Source: an uncultured Cytophagia bacterium
GTDB taxonomy: Bacteria; Zhuqueibacterota; Zhuqueibacteria; Thermofontimicrobiales; Thiofontviventaceae
Reading direction: 5' to 3'
Length of the DNA stretch: 64,000 nt
NCBI GenBank assembly: GCA_964498785.1
Contig: CAZCJL010000008.1
Coordinates: 33,032-97,031 of the forward strand
Part shown: one piece after another, positions 9,459 through 19,743 of the stretch
Layout: every line of letters starts with the position of its first letter
Position numbering within the stretch: the stretch's first letter is position 1
Position numbers and translations under genes: made by a program
Notes under the pieces: model-generated
Told to the model about the DNA's origin: nothing
The model's database searches: none
What the model saw: the letters and a program-made list of their open reading frames with translations, nothing else

Positions 9459-11006
9459 TCACTGACCTAATGCTTCAAATTCGATTCTATTTCTTTTTAA
9501 TCCCTTTGCATAAACATTAATGGAATTGAAACCAGGTTCGGGTCGCAATGTGAAATAGCTTTGAGCAACCCCGCTTGTGTCAGTTTTCGTAATGTAAGTT
9601 CTCTTATTTCCCGGGAAAAAACCTTTTCCAATTTTAACTTTGAAAACGACCTGATGATCAATAATTGGATTATTGTAAGGGTCTTCCAGCTTAACCACAA
9701 ATGGATCCTTCAACTCCTGGCCTGCAGGAGAATTTTGAAGATTACCAGAGACATAACGCAACTTACATGGGCTCGCCGGCATCCCGGTTGCCTTAAATTT
9801 AACAAATTCATCATTATTCCGTTTTAAACCAACCCGGACGATATTATCACCAGCATGGTTTCCTAAAATTAAATGCGTTTTCGCGCAACCATCTTCATCA
9901 GCTTTAATTTCTTCGACCTTGCTACCGTTGCCTAAATTTCCATTTCCGCCTTCGATTGAAAATATGACGGTCTGCCCGCGAACTATGCTCTCATCAGAAT
10001 TCAGAACCTGGACGACAAACGGAGATTTTAAACGGGTATTAACAGTGCCAACCTGATCATTGCCAGATACAGCAATTATTTTATATTTCGATGCATCGCC
10101 TTCATCTTCCTCTGATTCAGGCTCGATAATCGTTTCAAGCATATCTTCGTCTAAAACCGTGCTTTCTTTTTGGTCCTTTGATTCGTCAGAAATCTTGTCT
10201 CGTATATCGATATAATCCTCAAATCGTCGCCCCAATCGCCCCGGAGGTTTACGCTGGTACTGAAGCAACCTCAGGCGAAGTTCATCACTTTTTTCGAGCA
10301 TTCGGTCTATTTTCCGCCGGAACGCACTCTGTATTTGGGTTGAAAAGAAATTTAAAATAATACTGGTTACCAGTCCCATAAGTGTTGTTACCAACGCAAG
10401 CCCCATTCCTGTCAAAATAACCTGATTATCCAGGATGCCTTTTGAGAATGTGACAAACATGCCCCACACAGTACCGAGCAATCCGAGCGCACCGGCAGTG
10501 TCAGAAAGGAAAGCCATTTTTCCCTGAAATGTTGCAAATTTAGCTTGTTGCACCTGATCAAAATTGGTGATCTCATAGTGAAAATCTTCAGCGCGTTCTG
10601 TATTTCGAAAAATATTCAGCATATTGCTAAACAAATGATAGATCAGACTATCAGGATTATTACTGATAGTATCCTCAATTTTTTGAATATCGGCTCTTTT
10701 TAAATCCATGCCATAAATCGCCCGGGATCGCCGGCTATCGACAAAAAACTCGACGTATTTGTAAAGAACGCTGCCCAGGCCAAAAGATAGAACAAGAAAA
10801 ATAAACCAACGAAAGGGGCCCGCTAATCTGGTTATGTCCCACAAGTTATTGAAATCTGTTATGTTTGCCATCGAACTTATATTGGATTCTTTACGTTGTT
10901 GCGACATTTGAAATGCATTTTCCGCGATATTTTTCTCCTGGGCAATAACAAATGTTCCAACAAGTATAAACGATAACAGAATAAAAATGACAGTTTTGAT
11001 TTTCAT
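9459..11006 (-). CDS. MotA/TolQ/ExbB proton-channel protein with two C-terminal invasin/Big_1-like Ig domains
   Basis: Likely ATG at 11006 after GAGGGAG. ExbB helices AGALGLLGTVWGMFVTF and GMGLALVTTLMGL. C-terminal repeats VSGNDQ..PFVVQV..VIF and VSGNLQ..PFVVKLEDPYNNP..VVF..TDTSGVA. Confidence 0.85.
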   Translation of the reverse strand: MKIKTVIFILLSFILVGTFVIAQEKNIAENAFQMSQQRKESNISSMANITDFNNLWDITRLAGPFRWFIFLVLSFGLGSVLYKYVEFFVDSRRSRAIYGMDLKRADIQKIEDTISNNPDSLIYHLFSNMLNIFRNTERAEDFHYEITNFDQVQQAKFATFQGKMAFLSDTAGALGLLGTVWGMFVTFSKGILDNQVILTGMGLALVTTLMGLVTSIILNFFSTQIQSAFRRKIDRMLEKSDELRLRLLQYQRKPPGRLGRRFEDYIDIRDKISDESKDQKESTVLDEDMLETIIEPESEEDEGDASKYKIIAVSGNDQVGTVNTRLKSPFVVQVLNSDESIVRGQTVIFSIEGGNGNLGNGSKVEEIKADEDGCAKTHLILGNHAGDNIVRVGLKRNNDEFVKFKATGMPASPCKLRYVSGNLQNSPAGQELKDPFVVKLEDPYNNPIIDHQVVFKVKIGKGFFPGNKRTYITKTDTSGVAQSYFTLRPEPGFNSINVYAKGLKRNRIEFEALGQ

Positions 11007-11094
11007 AGTCTTACTCCCTCTTCTGTTCCAGCCCACGTTTTACGGCTTAGAGATTCATCCGGGATTGTTCGTATTTATAATTCAAAAAGCGTCA

Positions 11095-12831
11095 CTAATT
11101 GTGCAGTTTAATACGTAAATTGCCGCCTTTCCCGTCCTCTCCATTTTTAGGTTTTGAAAGCACCTCAACATTCAGTTGGCGGACAATCTTTTCAACCCTA
11201 AAATCTTTTCGTCTGGTTGTTAGCAAATTTCCATGAACATCCTTCCATCGAAACAGGTAAAAATATTTGTCGGGCTGCAAAAGATTTCCATCTGCATCCC
11301 GCCAGTCCCATTCAATTTTAGGGAGTTGATCATCCGGGCTTTGAAATGTTCGCAAAACGTGTCCATCATAATCGTAAATTTCCAGTAACCAATTATGAAT
11401 ATAATTAAGCTTATCCCCCCGGATATAAAACGTTACTTTCTCCGGGAACATCAACTCAATTTCTTTATAATACGCAATATTTTCTTTTTCTAATTTGGTA
11501 ATCGAATCACATGATATTGATTTCGTCTTGAATTGACTATCATCTGTTGTTTTCAAGTGCTTGGCAACTTTTTGTAACCTTCTTTCATTAACAGGATTTA
11601 ACAGCACCAGTATTTGATTTGCTTTTGTGTTTGTTGTTGAAATTTTGTGCAAATACTGTTTATATTGCTCAGCTAATTTGGGATTTAAATTTTTATCTGA
11701 TAAACTGGCGTTGTATGTATACTCTGGCTTGAAAAAGTTATCATCTGTCTGACTTGAATCGATCTCACCTAATTCGTGCTCCATTAAAAACTCAACATGA
11801 TTATTTGTAATTTCTCTGCAAAAATCCCGTTTCATTTTTTTCTTCATTATTTGAAGTCGATAATCTGACATTGTCACGACCAAATCATCGCTGATAAGAG
11901 CATCGGTAACAATGCTCCCGGTTTCTTCTTTTGTATGAAATCGATTATATGCAAAGTCGTACACAAAACATAGCTGATGAGAGCCTGTGCTGATCTCATT
12001 AAAATCGAACAATGGATAGTCATACCCATAAATAAGAGAAAATCCTCTTAACAGTTTTAATTGACCTTCTACTTTTGCACTTTTTGTTCCATATCCGAGA
12101 CGAATAATTCCGCTTCCGGGAAAATAAGATTCTACCATACAAGAATACGAGGACGATTGATCCGTTATATTAATATTCAACGTAGTACTGATAAACTTAT
12201 AACTATAGCGAACTCCGAAATCAAACTGATGGGGTTGTTTTATACCATCTTTAGCAAGAGATACATCCGGCTGATTGATATGATCCCATGTAATCGCCAG
12301 ATTTAAATTTGACTTTGGAAAAAAAATCAGCCCAAAACCAAAGCTATGAGATGTTTTGGAAGTTCCATCAGAAAAAACCGGATCATACTGATCAATTTGA
12401 TCAAAATTTGACTTATCATAAGAATATGTAAAAATATTATATTTTATTCCTAAAGAAATATTACGAAACGGCCGATGACTAATATTAAAGCTGAATTGCG
12501 ATTGCTGATAAATAGGAAGACCGAAAAACTGGCCCGTTAAACCAACAACCATATTCTGGTTGAACACGAACGGAGAAATAACACCAAAGTAATTATTTCG
12601 AAATCCGAACGCATTTTCCGGCATAAATCCAACATGAAAAGCTTTCATTCCAGCCATTATGTGAGACGGCTGAAATGGTAAAACAGCCGGATTTATGAAC
12701 ACGGATTTTGCATCGCGATAGTTAGCAGTATTTGCAACAACCAAATTTTGAGAATATAATCCAGATATTACAGGTGTATGTAAAATAAACCACATACAAA
12801 GAAAATATATGGTTCGTTTGGCTCTTTGCAT
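11095..12831 (-). CDS. PorP/SprF-family T9SS outer-membrane protein with C-terminal FlgD-like extension
   Basis: Likely ATG at 12831 after GGAG. Motifs FINPA, DPVFS, HINQPDVSL and YGYDYPL..GSHQLCFVYDF are typical of PorP/SprF barrels. C-terminal WLLEIYDYDGHVLRTF..IEWDWRDADG. Confidence 0.75.
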   Translation of the reverse strand: MQRAKRTIYFLCMWFILHTPVISGLYSQNLVVANTANYRDAKSVFINPAVLPFQPSHIMAGMKAFHVGFMPENAFGFRNNYFGVISPFVFNQNMVVGLTGQFFGLPIYQQSQFSFNISHRPFRNISLGIKYNIFTYSYDKSNFDQIDQYDPVFSDGTSKTSHSFGFGLIFFPKSNLNLAITWDHINQPDVSLAKDGIKQPHQFDFGVRYSYKFISTTLNINITDQSSSYSCMVESYFPGSGIIRLGYGTKSAKVEGQLKLLRGFSLIYGYDYPLFDFNEISTGSHQLCFVYDFAYNRFHTKEETGSIVTDALISDDLVVTMSDYRLQIMKKKMKRDFCREITNNHVEFLMEHELGEIDSSQTDDNFFKPEYTYNASLSDKNLNPKLAEQYKQYLHKISTTNTKANQILVLLNPVNERRLQKVAKHLKTTDDSQFKTKSISCDSITKLEKENIAYYKEIELMFPEKVTFYIRGDKLNYIHNWLLEIYDYDGHVLRTFQSPDDQLPKIEWDWRDADGNLLQPDKYFYLFRWKDVHGNLLTTRRKDFRVEKIVRQLNVEVLSKPKNGEDGKGGNLRIKLHN

Positions 12832-12872
12832 AAAACTCTCCGATGCTTTTGCACACTGAACTATCAAATTAA

Positions 12873-15800
12873 TTAACGAGCCAATACAACATAGCCTCTG
12901 GCAACGTTTCGCCCGCCATCTTCCAAAATATACAGATAAAGCCCTGGCTGCGCTCTTTTCTCATCCTTATTTTTTCCATTCCAAACAAATTTGGAATTGG
13001 CATATTTCTTTAGCGTAATAATGTCTCTCCCCTGAAAATCAAATATTTTCAAAACCGGAGAATTTAGCGTGAATTGCTTAAAATCAAATCCGACAAAATC
13101 ATTATATCCATCATCATTCGGGGTAAACGGATTTGATCTGACAATTAAATTTCCCTCAACTGCCTGGATATACGTTGTAACGATATTGTTATCTGTATTT
13201 GATTCATTAATTGTATTATTGGGATCAACCTCTACCACAATATTGTAATTTTTCGGTTCATGTAATGTAACGGGGACAGTTATCAACTGCACCTCATCGA
13301 TGCGCATTCTATCAATTGTGGTTTCGTGAATGATCTGATTATCCATTTTTAGCAAAACTCCGAAAGGCTTTTGCACGGGAGCATACAGTACAGATACATT
13401 AGCTGTTATATTAACGTGATGATGAACGATTACCCGGTTGCTGTCAACCGAGATATTCGCAATCAAATCGGGCAAAATATCCTTAATTTTAAAATGATAC
13501 GACTCAGTTTCCATCGCATTTGGCGGATTACTTAAGTCGTTGGCTGATATTGCCACATTAACAATATGCCCGCTACTAAAACCTGGCTCCGGAGTGTAAA
13601 TGATCTCATAATCAGCTTTGTGCCCGCTAAATGAGATCGGAACGCTTTCACCATTGACAACTAATGAAATTGTGGAAGAATCAACCCCCGCGATATCATC
13701 TTTCAGTTGAAACCGGATATCTGTATCAAAATCGACTTGTTCCGCGTATTTTTCCGGTACAAGATTCGTCACATAAGGTGGCGTCCGGTCTTCAAGCGTT
13801 TTAAAATGAAATAGCGCTGTTGTATCATTTGGCGGAACTGAAAGATCTTTTACAACTATAGTAATTGGTACAATTTCGTTATATTTAAACCACCTATCTG
13901 GCCGATAATCCAACACATAGTTAAACAAATCGCCGGAAATATCCGGTTTTACTTCACTTTCGTACACATTCATCCGTATCGATGCCAAATCTATGCCAAG
14001 TTGATCATCGAAAAGCTCTATTTTAATTTCCGTATCTAATGGTACATTTTCTTGTTGATCTCCGGGACTCGTGAATACTATTTTCGGAGGCCTGACGTCG
14101 CGTTCTATATAAAAAAGATAGCGATCGGTTTCCATTTCATTGGGCTCAACTGCCAAATCCCGGGCATCAATTTCGACAAGAACACTATCATTAAATCTGA
14201 AAAGACTGTCCGTTTGATAAACAAGTAAATAATCATATTTGGCGCCGCTCATTTCAGGGATTACTTCCTGGCCATTTACCTTAAAAACAATTGAATTTTC
14301 ATCCACACCAGAATAATCATCTTTGATATGCACCTGAATCGTTGCACCACGATTTACATTCCTGGTCCATCTTTCAGGTAAATGCCCGGCTGTATAGGGC
14401 GGGTGCCGATCTTTTCGTGTCGAAATAGTAAACTGAATCTCGGTAGTATCGATATTCGGTGGGTACGAAAAATCCGGTGCAATAATTTTCATTTTGATAA
14501 TTTCACCGATCTTAAATGGTTCATCCGGATTATATCGCATTAAATAATCCGACTTTTCACCTTCAAAATGCAAACCACCCAGATCAATCAACTCATTGTT
14601 AATAAACATCCGGATCATTGATGAATCAACACCAGAAACATCATCTTTCAAATGAAATGTAATCGATGAATTCCGGGCAACGCCGGTATCACCGTCCACA
14701 GGTTGCATATCTGTTACATAAGGCGGCTCAAAATCTTTGATAATTTCAAAATAGTATTCGTCCGCTTCCATCGCATTCGGAATTTTTGCGCGATCTTTTC
14801 CATTAATACGCACACCCAATGTCTGATTATAATGAAAATCTTGTTCCGGTTTATAGGATAATTGATACCCCTTGTTAATTTCTTCAAGCGTTGGAGAAAC
14901 CAGTTCGTTGTTCACACGCATCACGATTGAACTACTATCCACACCTGTAAAATCGTCAACTATTTTCAGTTTTATATCTGTACCTGGGTCAACATTCTGC
15001 TGATTTTTTGCAGGCACGTGATGTTTGGTTTCGGGAGGCATACTGTCAATCAAAGTAACGAAATAATATTCAACCGTATCAATATTCGCAGGGATTACCC
15101 TATCTTGTGCGATGATGCGTATATCAATTGTATCATCCTCGGAAAAGATTGCATCTGGTTGAAATAAATAATCATTTCCATCTGTTGTCAAATTCACAGG
15201 TTCATTCTCAACAAACAATTGGACGTGCCCAACACCAGAATGATTATCCAGGACAGTAAAAGAAACAGCGGCATCCAATTCCACATTTTTTGCAAACATC
15301 GGTGGATTGATATTTGTAAAATAAGGCGGTATTGTATCTCGCTCAACATAGAACATGTATAAAAAGGGCGGATCAATCCGGTTGGCAGGTTGTGCCAAAT
15401 CAGATGCTTCTATTTTAACAGTTACTGTTTCATTATAAAAAAAAAGATTATCTTGCTGAAAACGTACAGCGTATTGGCTGGAATCCCCTTCTATAGTCGG
15501 TGTTCTCACGGCGTCATTCACTGTTAACCGTATCGATTGGAGATCTACGCCTGCCAGGCTATCCACCACAATAAAAGAAATTTCTGTATTTCTCTCGATA
15601 TTTTCCGCGTTTTCCGATGGAAAGATGGAAGTAATATAAGGCGATACGTTATCTGTTTTAATGAAAAAAGAACACTCAAACGGTTGCATTACATTTGGCG
15701 GGCTGGCCATGTCTGCCGCTCGGATAGCAACCGAAACAGTATCATTATATCTGAAATTTTGTACAGGATTGAATACAACAAAATAATCTGTTGAATCTCC

Positions 15801-18686
15801 GGTAATCACAGGCGTGTAAATTGAATCATTAACGACAAGCTGAATAGTGGCGCGATCAACACCAGAGATGGTATCTTTAAGATGAAACGATATGTCTGTA
15901 TTCACCGGAACATCGGCTTCATTTGGGGCAGGAATAAGCTGATCAACATAAGGTGGCTCATCATCTCTTTCTATCGTAAAAGAATAGCGATCTATTAACT
16001 GATTTGCGGGATTTGCCAGATCTGTCGCCTGGACATCGACATTGACTGTATCGTTATATCGAAATGCTGCTTGAGGAGTGAAGCTTACCGAATAGTCCCC
16101 TGGATTTCCGGTAATCCCCTGATTTAACACTGGTAATCCATTTATTGTTATTGATAGCGACGAACTATCCACACCAGCCAAATCATCTTTTATATGGAAT
16201 CCGGGCTGTGAGCTAATTGGGACATCCACCATATCCCGTGCCGGTGAAATTTGATCGAGATAAGGCGAATCATCATCTCTCTGAATAGTGAATGTATATT
16301 CCTCATACATATAATTCGTTGGTGCCGCTAAATCCGACGCCCATACTTTCACTGTCACTGTATCATTATAAAAAAAAGAGTGTTTCGGTTGAATAGTAAA
16401 TTCATAATCATTTGAATTACCGCTGATTTGATAATCACGCACTGTGTCGCTGTTTACAATAATCCTGATTTTAGTTGAATCGACGCCAGAAAGGATATCT
16501 TTTATATGAAATTGAATCAATGAACTTACAGGAACGTCAGTCACTCCGCTATCAGGATTTAATTCTGCTAAAAATGGTGGTTCATTATCTTTTAAAATTT
16601 CAAAAGAATATTTTTTATTCAATTCATTTGGGATAAACGCTCGATCTTTAGCAAATATTTGCACAGTTACTCGTTGATTATATTTAAAGAGATGTGGTGG
16701 TTGATATCTAAGCGCATAATCCTTCTTTTCCGGATCGCTGCTGGTATCCGGATAGACCCGTTGCTGATTGACCCACATTTTAATTGATCCTCCATCCACT
16801 CCCATATAATCATCTTTTACGTGCAGGTTTATTTCAGTTTCCGGTGCGACAACACTATTGCTATCCGGATTCAATGCCTCTATATAAGGTGGAATTGTAT
16901 CCGGGATCATTTCTCCCAATCCATAATAGGTTACAATCTCCCGCGACTCATTTCTACCTAAAAGAACAGGGTTCCACCACATTGCGACCGCACTATCATG
17001 GATAGTTTTGCAGGAATCTTCTGTTTTATAATTCCACATATTTTGAAAAACATTTTGCCATTTTACAATCGCAAATCGATCCGGAATTGTTGAGCCATAG
17101 CCAGTTAAGGTTCCCTGCGCCGAGAAGATTGTTTTCGTACTATCGCCTTCCACAGCAGTCCACCAGGCGGGAATATGTGGTTTCAGGAAGTCTCGTTCAT
17201 GATCAGTAAATACTCCGTCCGGAGTGCGAATTGGCGCACCATCGTTTTCACCGAGCATTGTATCAAATAGCATTCGCAAGCCGACTTCCTGAGATTCCCG
17301 GGACAGATTCGTTAATACATATTTTATCTTTGCAGTATCGAAAATTTTCTTCTCAGACCATTCGCTTTTTACTAGCAATATCGTTTGTTCAATGCGAACA
17401 AATTTGCACGTCCATCCCCATGTAATACCATATTCGTCTGCCGTTATATGCGGAACGATACGATTTTCTGGGGTGAATATGTTGTTTTCATACATGTAAT
17501 CACCTTCCGGTGATCCAAATATAAAATTATCATCTCCTATTCTAACTGTTGTATAAGAAGTATGCGGAGAGGGATGACCAAACAACAACGACTTATTATC
17601 ATCAAGATAGGTATCGGGTAATCCTCCTGTTGTTCCAAGCGTCAAATTTGTACCCGGATATTTATCTGACACTGAAATTTGGATATGTTCATTGCTTAAA
17701 GTTTCACGAGTTACTGGAACAAGCTCAAAATTAACATTATTTGCTGATATATCGTTCAGAGATTTGATATAGACTGGCGTATTATTATCATTTTTACGTG
17801 CATTTTTCCAAAAATATTGGGTGTGATATTTTGTTGGATCCACGCTAAAAACGAACACCCGATATTTTCCGGGTCTTAAACCGCTTGCCCGATAATATCC
17901 GGTAATTGAATCGCTCATCGCTTCGGAGCGCCATTGACTGCTGTCCCAATCCTCAATTACAATCCATGCTTTTATATATTTTCCTGGATTATCCTCTTCA
18001 TACACATAGCCGGAAACGCTCCCTCCTTTTTCAAGAAAAAAATCAACATCCGGAACAGTATCGTTTGCAGCTATTTGTATTAATTCCGCTTCATTCCAAT
18101 TATAAACATTATTATAAAATGTTATAACATATCCCTGCTCTGTATCTCCGGCCATAACAACATGTTCACCTGCTGGCAACGCGGGACTTATAAACGAACC
18201 ATCAGGTTCCGAAATACAACTCCCCATCAGTGTCTGGCTATCTGCTTCATAAAAGCTAACCTCAATACCGGTAGTTATGAGACTGCCATCTTTTTGATAC
18301 AGATGCCCGGACATGAATCCACCTTTTTCAAGGTAAATTATTATATTGGAACTAACACTATTGGCATTTACCTTTATCTGTGTTGCTTCGGACTTTTGTA
18401 ATGCATTTTTATAAAACTCATTTACGTATCCCTGTTTATTGAAGACACGAACAATATACAGCCCGACAGGCAGCCTGGAAATATAAAAACTTCCATCTTC
18501 CTGGCTAATTGAATTTTGTTGATAATATGTTCCTGATGTTGTAGATGCATAGACATCCACATCTGCAATCGGATTATTACTATCATCATAAATAAATCCG
18601 CTAATTGCCCCTGTTTGCGCACTTATTTTTCCAATTCCAACAAATAAAAAGATCAGAAAAATAGCAACTATTGTTTTTTCTTTCAT
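12873..18686 (-). CDS. Large secreted adhesin-like protein: 3 carboxypeptidase-regulatory-like domains, unknown domain, 11 Ig-like repeats, CARDB, gliding-motility-associated (type B T9SS) CTD
   Basis: 1937 aa with signal peptide. Repeated GxISG..YxxxFY units, 11 repeats DxxPPY..P..KDxxSGVD, VEVDPNNTINESNTDNN (CARDB), C-terminal NPFTPNDDGYND..GLYLY..GYVVLAR. Confidence 0.85.
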   Translation of the reverse strand: MKEKTIVAIFLIFLFVGIGKISAQTGAISGFIYDDSNNPIADVDVYASTTSGTYYQQNSISQEDGSFYISRLPVGLYIVRVFNKQGYVNEFYKNALQKSEATQIKVNANSVSSNIIIYLEKGGFMSGHLYQKDGSLITTGIEVSFYEADSQTLMGSCISEPDGSFISPALPAGEHVVMAGDTEQGYVITFYNNVYNWNEAELIQIAANDTVPDVDFFLEKGGSVSGYVYEEDNPGKYIKAWIVIEDWDSSQWRSEAMSDSITGYYRASGLRPGKYRVFVFSVDPTKYHTQYFWKNARKNDNNTPVYIKSLNDISANNVNFELVPVTRETLSNEHIQISVSDKYPGTNLTLGTTGGLPDTYLDDNKSLLFGHPSPHTSYTTVRIGDDNFIFGSPEGDYMYENNIFTPENRIVPHITADEYGITWGWTCKFVRIEQTILLVKSEWSEKKIFDTAKIKYVLTNLSRESQEVGLRMLFDTMLGENDGAPIRTPDGVFTDHERDFLKPHIPAWWTAVEGDSTKTIFSAQGTLTGYGSTIPDRFAIVKWQNVFQNMWNYKTEDSCKTIHDSAVAMWWNPVLLGRNESREIVTYYGLGEMIPDTIPPYIEALNPDSNSVVAPETEINLHVKDDYMGVDGGSIKMWVNQQRVYPDTSSDPEKKDYALRYQPPHLFKYNQRVTVQIFAKDRAFIPNELNKKYSFEILKDNEPPFLAELNPDSGVTDVPVSSLIQFHIKDILSGVDSTKIRIIVNSDTVRDYQISGNSNDYEFTIQPKHSFFYNDTVTVKVWASDLAAPTNYMYEEYTFTIQRDDDSPYLDQISPARDMVDVPISSQPGFHIKDDLAGVDSSSLSITINGLPVLNQGITGNPGDYSVSFTPQAAFRYNDTVNVDVQATDLANPANQLIDRYSFTIERDDEPPYVDQLIPAPNEADVPVNTDISFHLKDTISGVDRATIQLVVNDSIYTPVITGDSTDYFVVFNPVQNFRYNDTVSVAIRAADMASPPNVMQPFECSFFIKTDNVSPYITSIFPSENAENIERNTEISFIVVDSLAGVDLQSIRLTVNDAVRTPTIEGDSSQYAVRFQQDNLFFYNETVTVKIEASDLAQPANRIDPPFLYMFYVERDTIPPYFTNINPPMFAKNVELDAAVSFTVLDNHSGVGHVQLFVENEPVNLTTDGNDYLFQPDAIFSEDDTIDIRIIAQDRVIPANIDTVEYYFVTLIDSMPPETKHHVPAKNQQNVDPGTDIKLKIVDDFTGVDSSSIVMRVNNELVSPTLEEINKGYQLSYKPEQDFHYNQTLGVRINGKDRAKIPNAMEADEYYFEIIKDFEPPYVTDMQPVDGDTGVARNSSITFHLKDDVSGVDSSMIRMFINNELIDLGGLHFEGEKSDYLMRYNPDEPFKIGEIIKMKIIAPDFSYPPNIDTTEIQFTISTRKDRHPPYTAGHLPERWTRNVNRGATIQVHIKDDYSGVDENSIVFKVNGQEVIPEMSGAKYDYLLVYQTDSLFRFNDSVLVEIDARDLAVEPNEMETDRYLFYIERDVRPPKIVFTSPGDQQENVPLDTEIKIELFDDQLGIDLASIRMNVYESEVKPDISGDLFNYVLDYRPDRWFKYNEIVPITIVVKDLSVPPNDTTALFHFKTLEDRTPPYVTNLVPEKYAEQVDFDTDIRFQLKDDIAGVDSSTISLVVNGESVPISFSGHKADYEIIYTPEPGFSSGHIVNVAISANDLSNPPNAMETESYHFKIKDILPDLIANISVDSNRVIVHHHVNITANVSVLYAPVQKPFGVLLKMDNQIIHETTIDRMRIDEVQLITVPVTLHEPKNYNIVVEVDPNNTINESNTDNNIVTTYIQAVEGNLIVRSNPFTPNDDGYNDFVGFDFKQFTLNSPVLKIFDFQGRDIITLKKYANSKFVWNGKNKDEKRAQPGLYLYILEDGGRNVARGYVVLAR
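13480..16901 (-). repeat. 11 tandem ~100-aa Ig-like (Big_5/SbsA-like) protein repeats
   Basis: Counted in the translation: DTIPPY, DNEPPF, DDDSPY, DDEPPY, DNVSPY, DTIPPY, DSMPPE, DFEPPY, DRHPPY, DVRPPK, DRTPPY, each followed by D..(S/A)G(V/I)D. Boundaries approximate. Confidence 0.85.
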
Positions 18687-19105
18687 AGTTCTTCTATCAT
18701 TTAAAATAAAAATTAGTGGAATTTTAAGGTGACAAAACTGATGAACCTAAAACGAATACTCTTGAATAATAAAAGGAAGTAAGGACGGTAACAAAATAAC
18801 CTTACCAGGCAGTTCATGATCTCAATCTTTTGGTTACTTAAATCATTAATAAAACGCAATAGCGTCAATCAACATCTATGTTATATAATAGGATTTTTCA
18901 AAATACGAATTGAATTAGAAAAAAGCAAGATAATTTTCAAGAATGAATTTTTTTTAATTTTTAATATTCATAATTAATCGCTTCAATTTACTAAATATTT
19001 TATAACTATACCACTTTTTAACATAATAATTTTAAAAAATTCAACTTAAATATTTTATATTACATTTATGTAATCAACCATCAATATAACATGTACACAC
19101 GTAAA

Positions 19106-19723
19106 TTATTGGGGAATTTCATAGGTAATTGTTCGCGTCATCCAACTATTGACATTCTTATTACCCTGACGAGCAGGTATATAGCGGCATTGATAAGCAG
19201 CGGCAATTGCAGCGTCTTCACATCTTTTGCTGTTCGTGGTATTTTCCAAAACAACAACGTCGATTACTTTTCCAGCTTTATCAACATGAATGTGAAGTTT
19301 TACTTTACCAGTAACTCCATTTTTATAATCTACTTTCGGATATTCTGGTATTGTTTCCGCAATTGGCCGTGGGGGGATTATTGAAGGACTTCCAAACCCT
19401 CCTGTTTCACCGGCGGGTGAGGTTGAATATAAATCAAGCTTTAAATCAGTTTGTTCAATTGTTTCGTCTTCCGGGACGGTTTCCTCTTCCGAGGGAATGG
19501 GAACTGCTGGTTTTGGCGGAGGAGGCCGAAAGCTGGTCTGTCTTGTAAGCGGAATGTCTTCAACAATAATATTTAAATGAATGATTTGATCTTCTATCTG
19601 ATGCGGCTTCAACATCGGGAAAAGCTGTAGAACCAAAATGATGGATACAATCACAATGATTAACGCTATCTTAATAATCTTCTGGTATTCACTTTCATAA
19701 TGTTTGGATTTTTTATTATACAT
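19106..19723 (-). CDS. tonB: Energy transducer TonB family protein
   Basis: N-terminal TM, RPPPPKPAVP linker, C-terminal PEYP..GVTGKVKLHIHVDKAGKV..PARQG. Confidence 0.85.
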   Translation of the reverse strand: MYNKKSKHYESEYQKIIKIALIIVIVSIILVLQLFPMLKPHQIEDQIIHLNIIVEDIPLTRQTSFRPPPPKPAVPIPSEEETVPEDETIEQTDLKLDLYSTSPAGETGGFGSPSIIPPRPIAETIPEYPKVDYKNGVTGKVKLHIHVDKAGKVIDVVVLENTTNSKRCEDAAIAAAYQCRYIPARQGNKNVNSWMTRTITYEIPQ

Positions 19724-19743
19724 TCGATTACCATCGAATCGGA

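Noticed and set aside
13480-16901. Periodic DNA similarity suggesting a CRISPR array or DGR repeats
   Set aside because: The repeats are ~300-bp, highly diverged, in-frame protein domains. There are no identical short repeats with spacers and no cas or reverse transcriptase gene.
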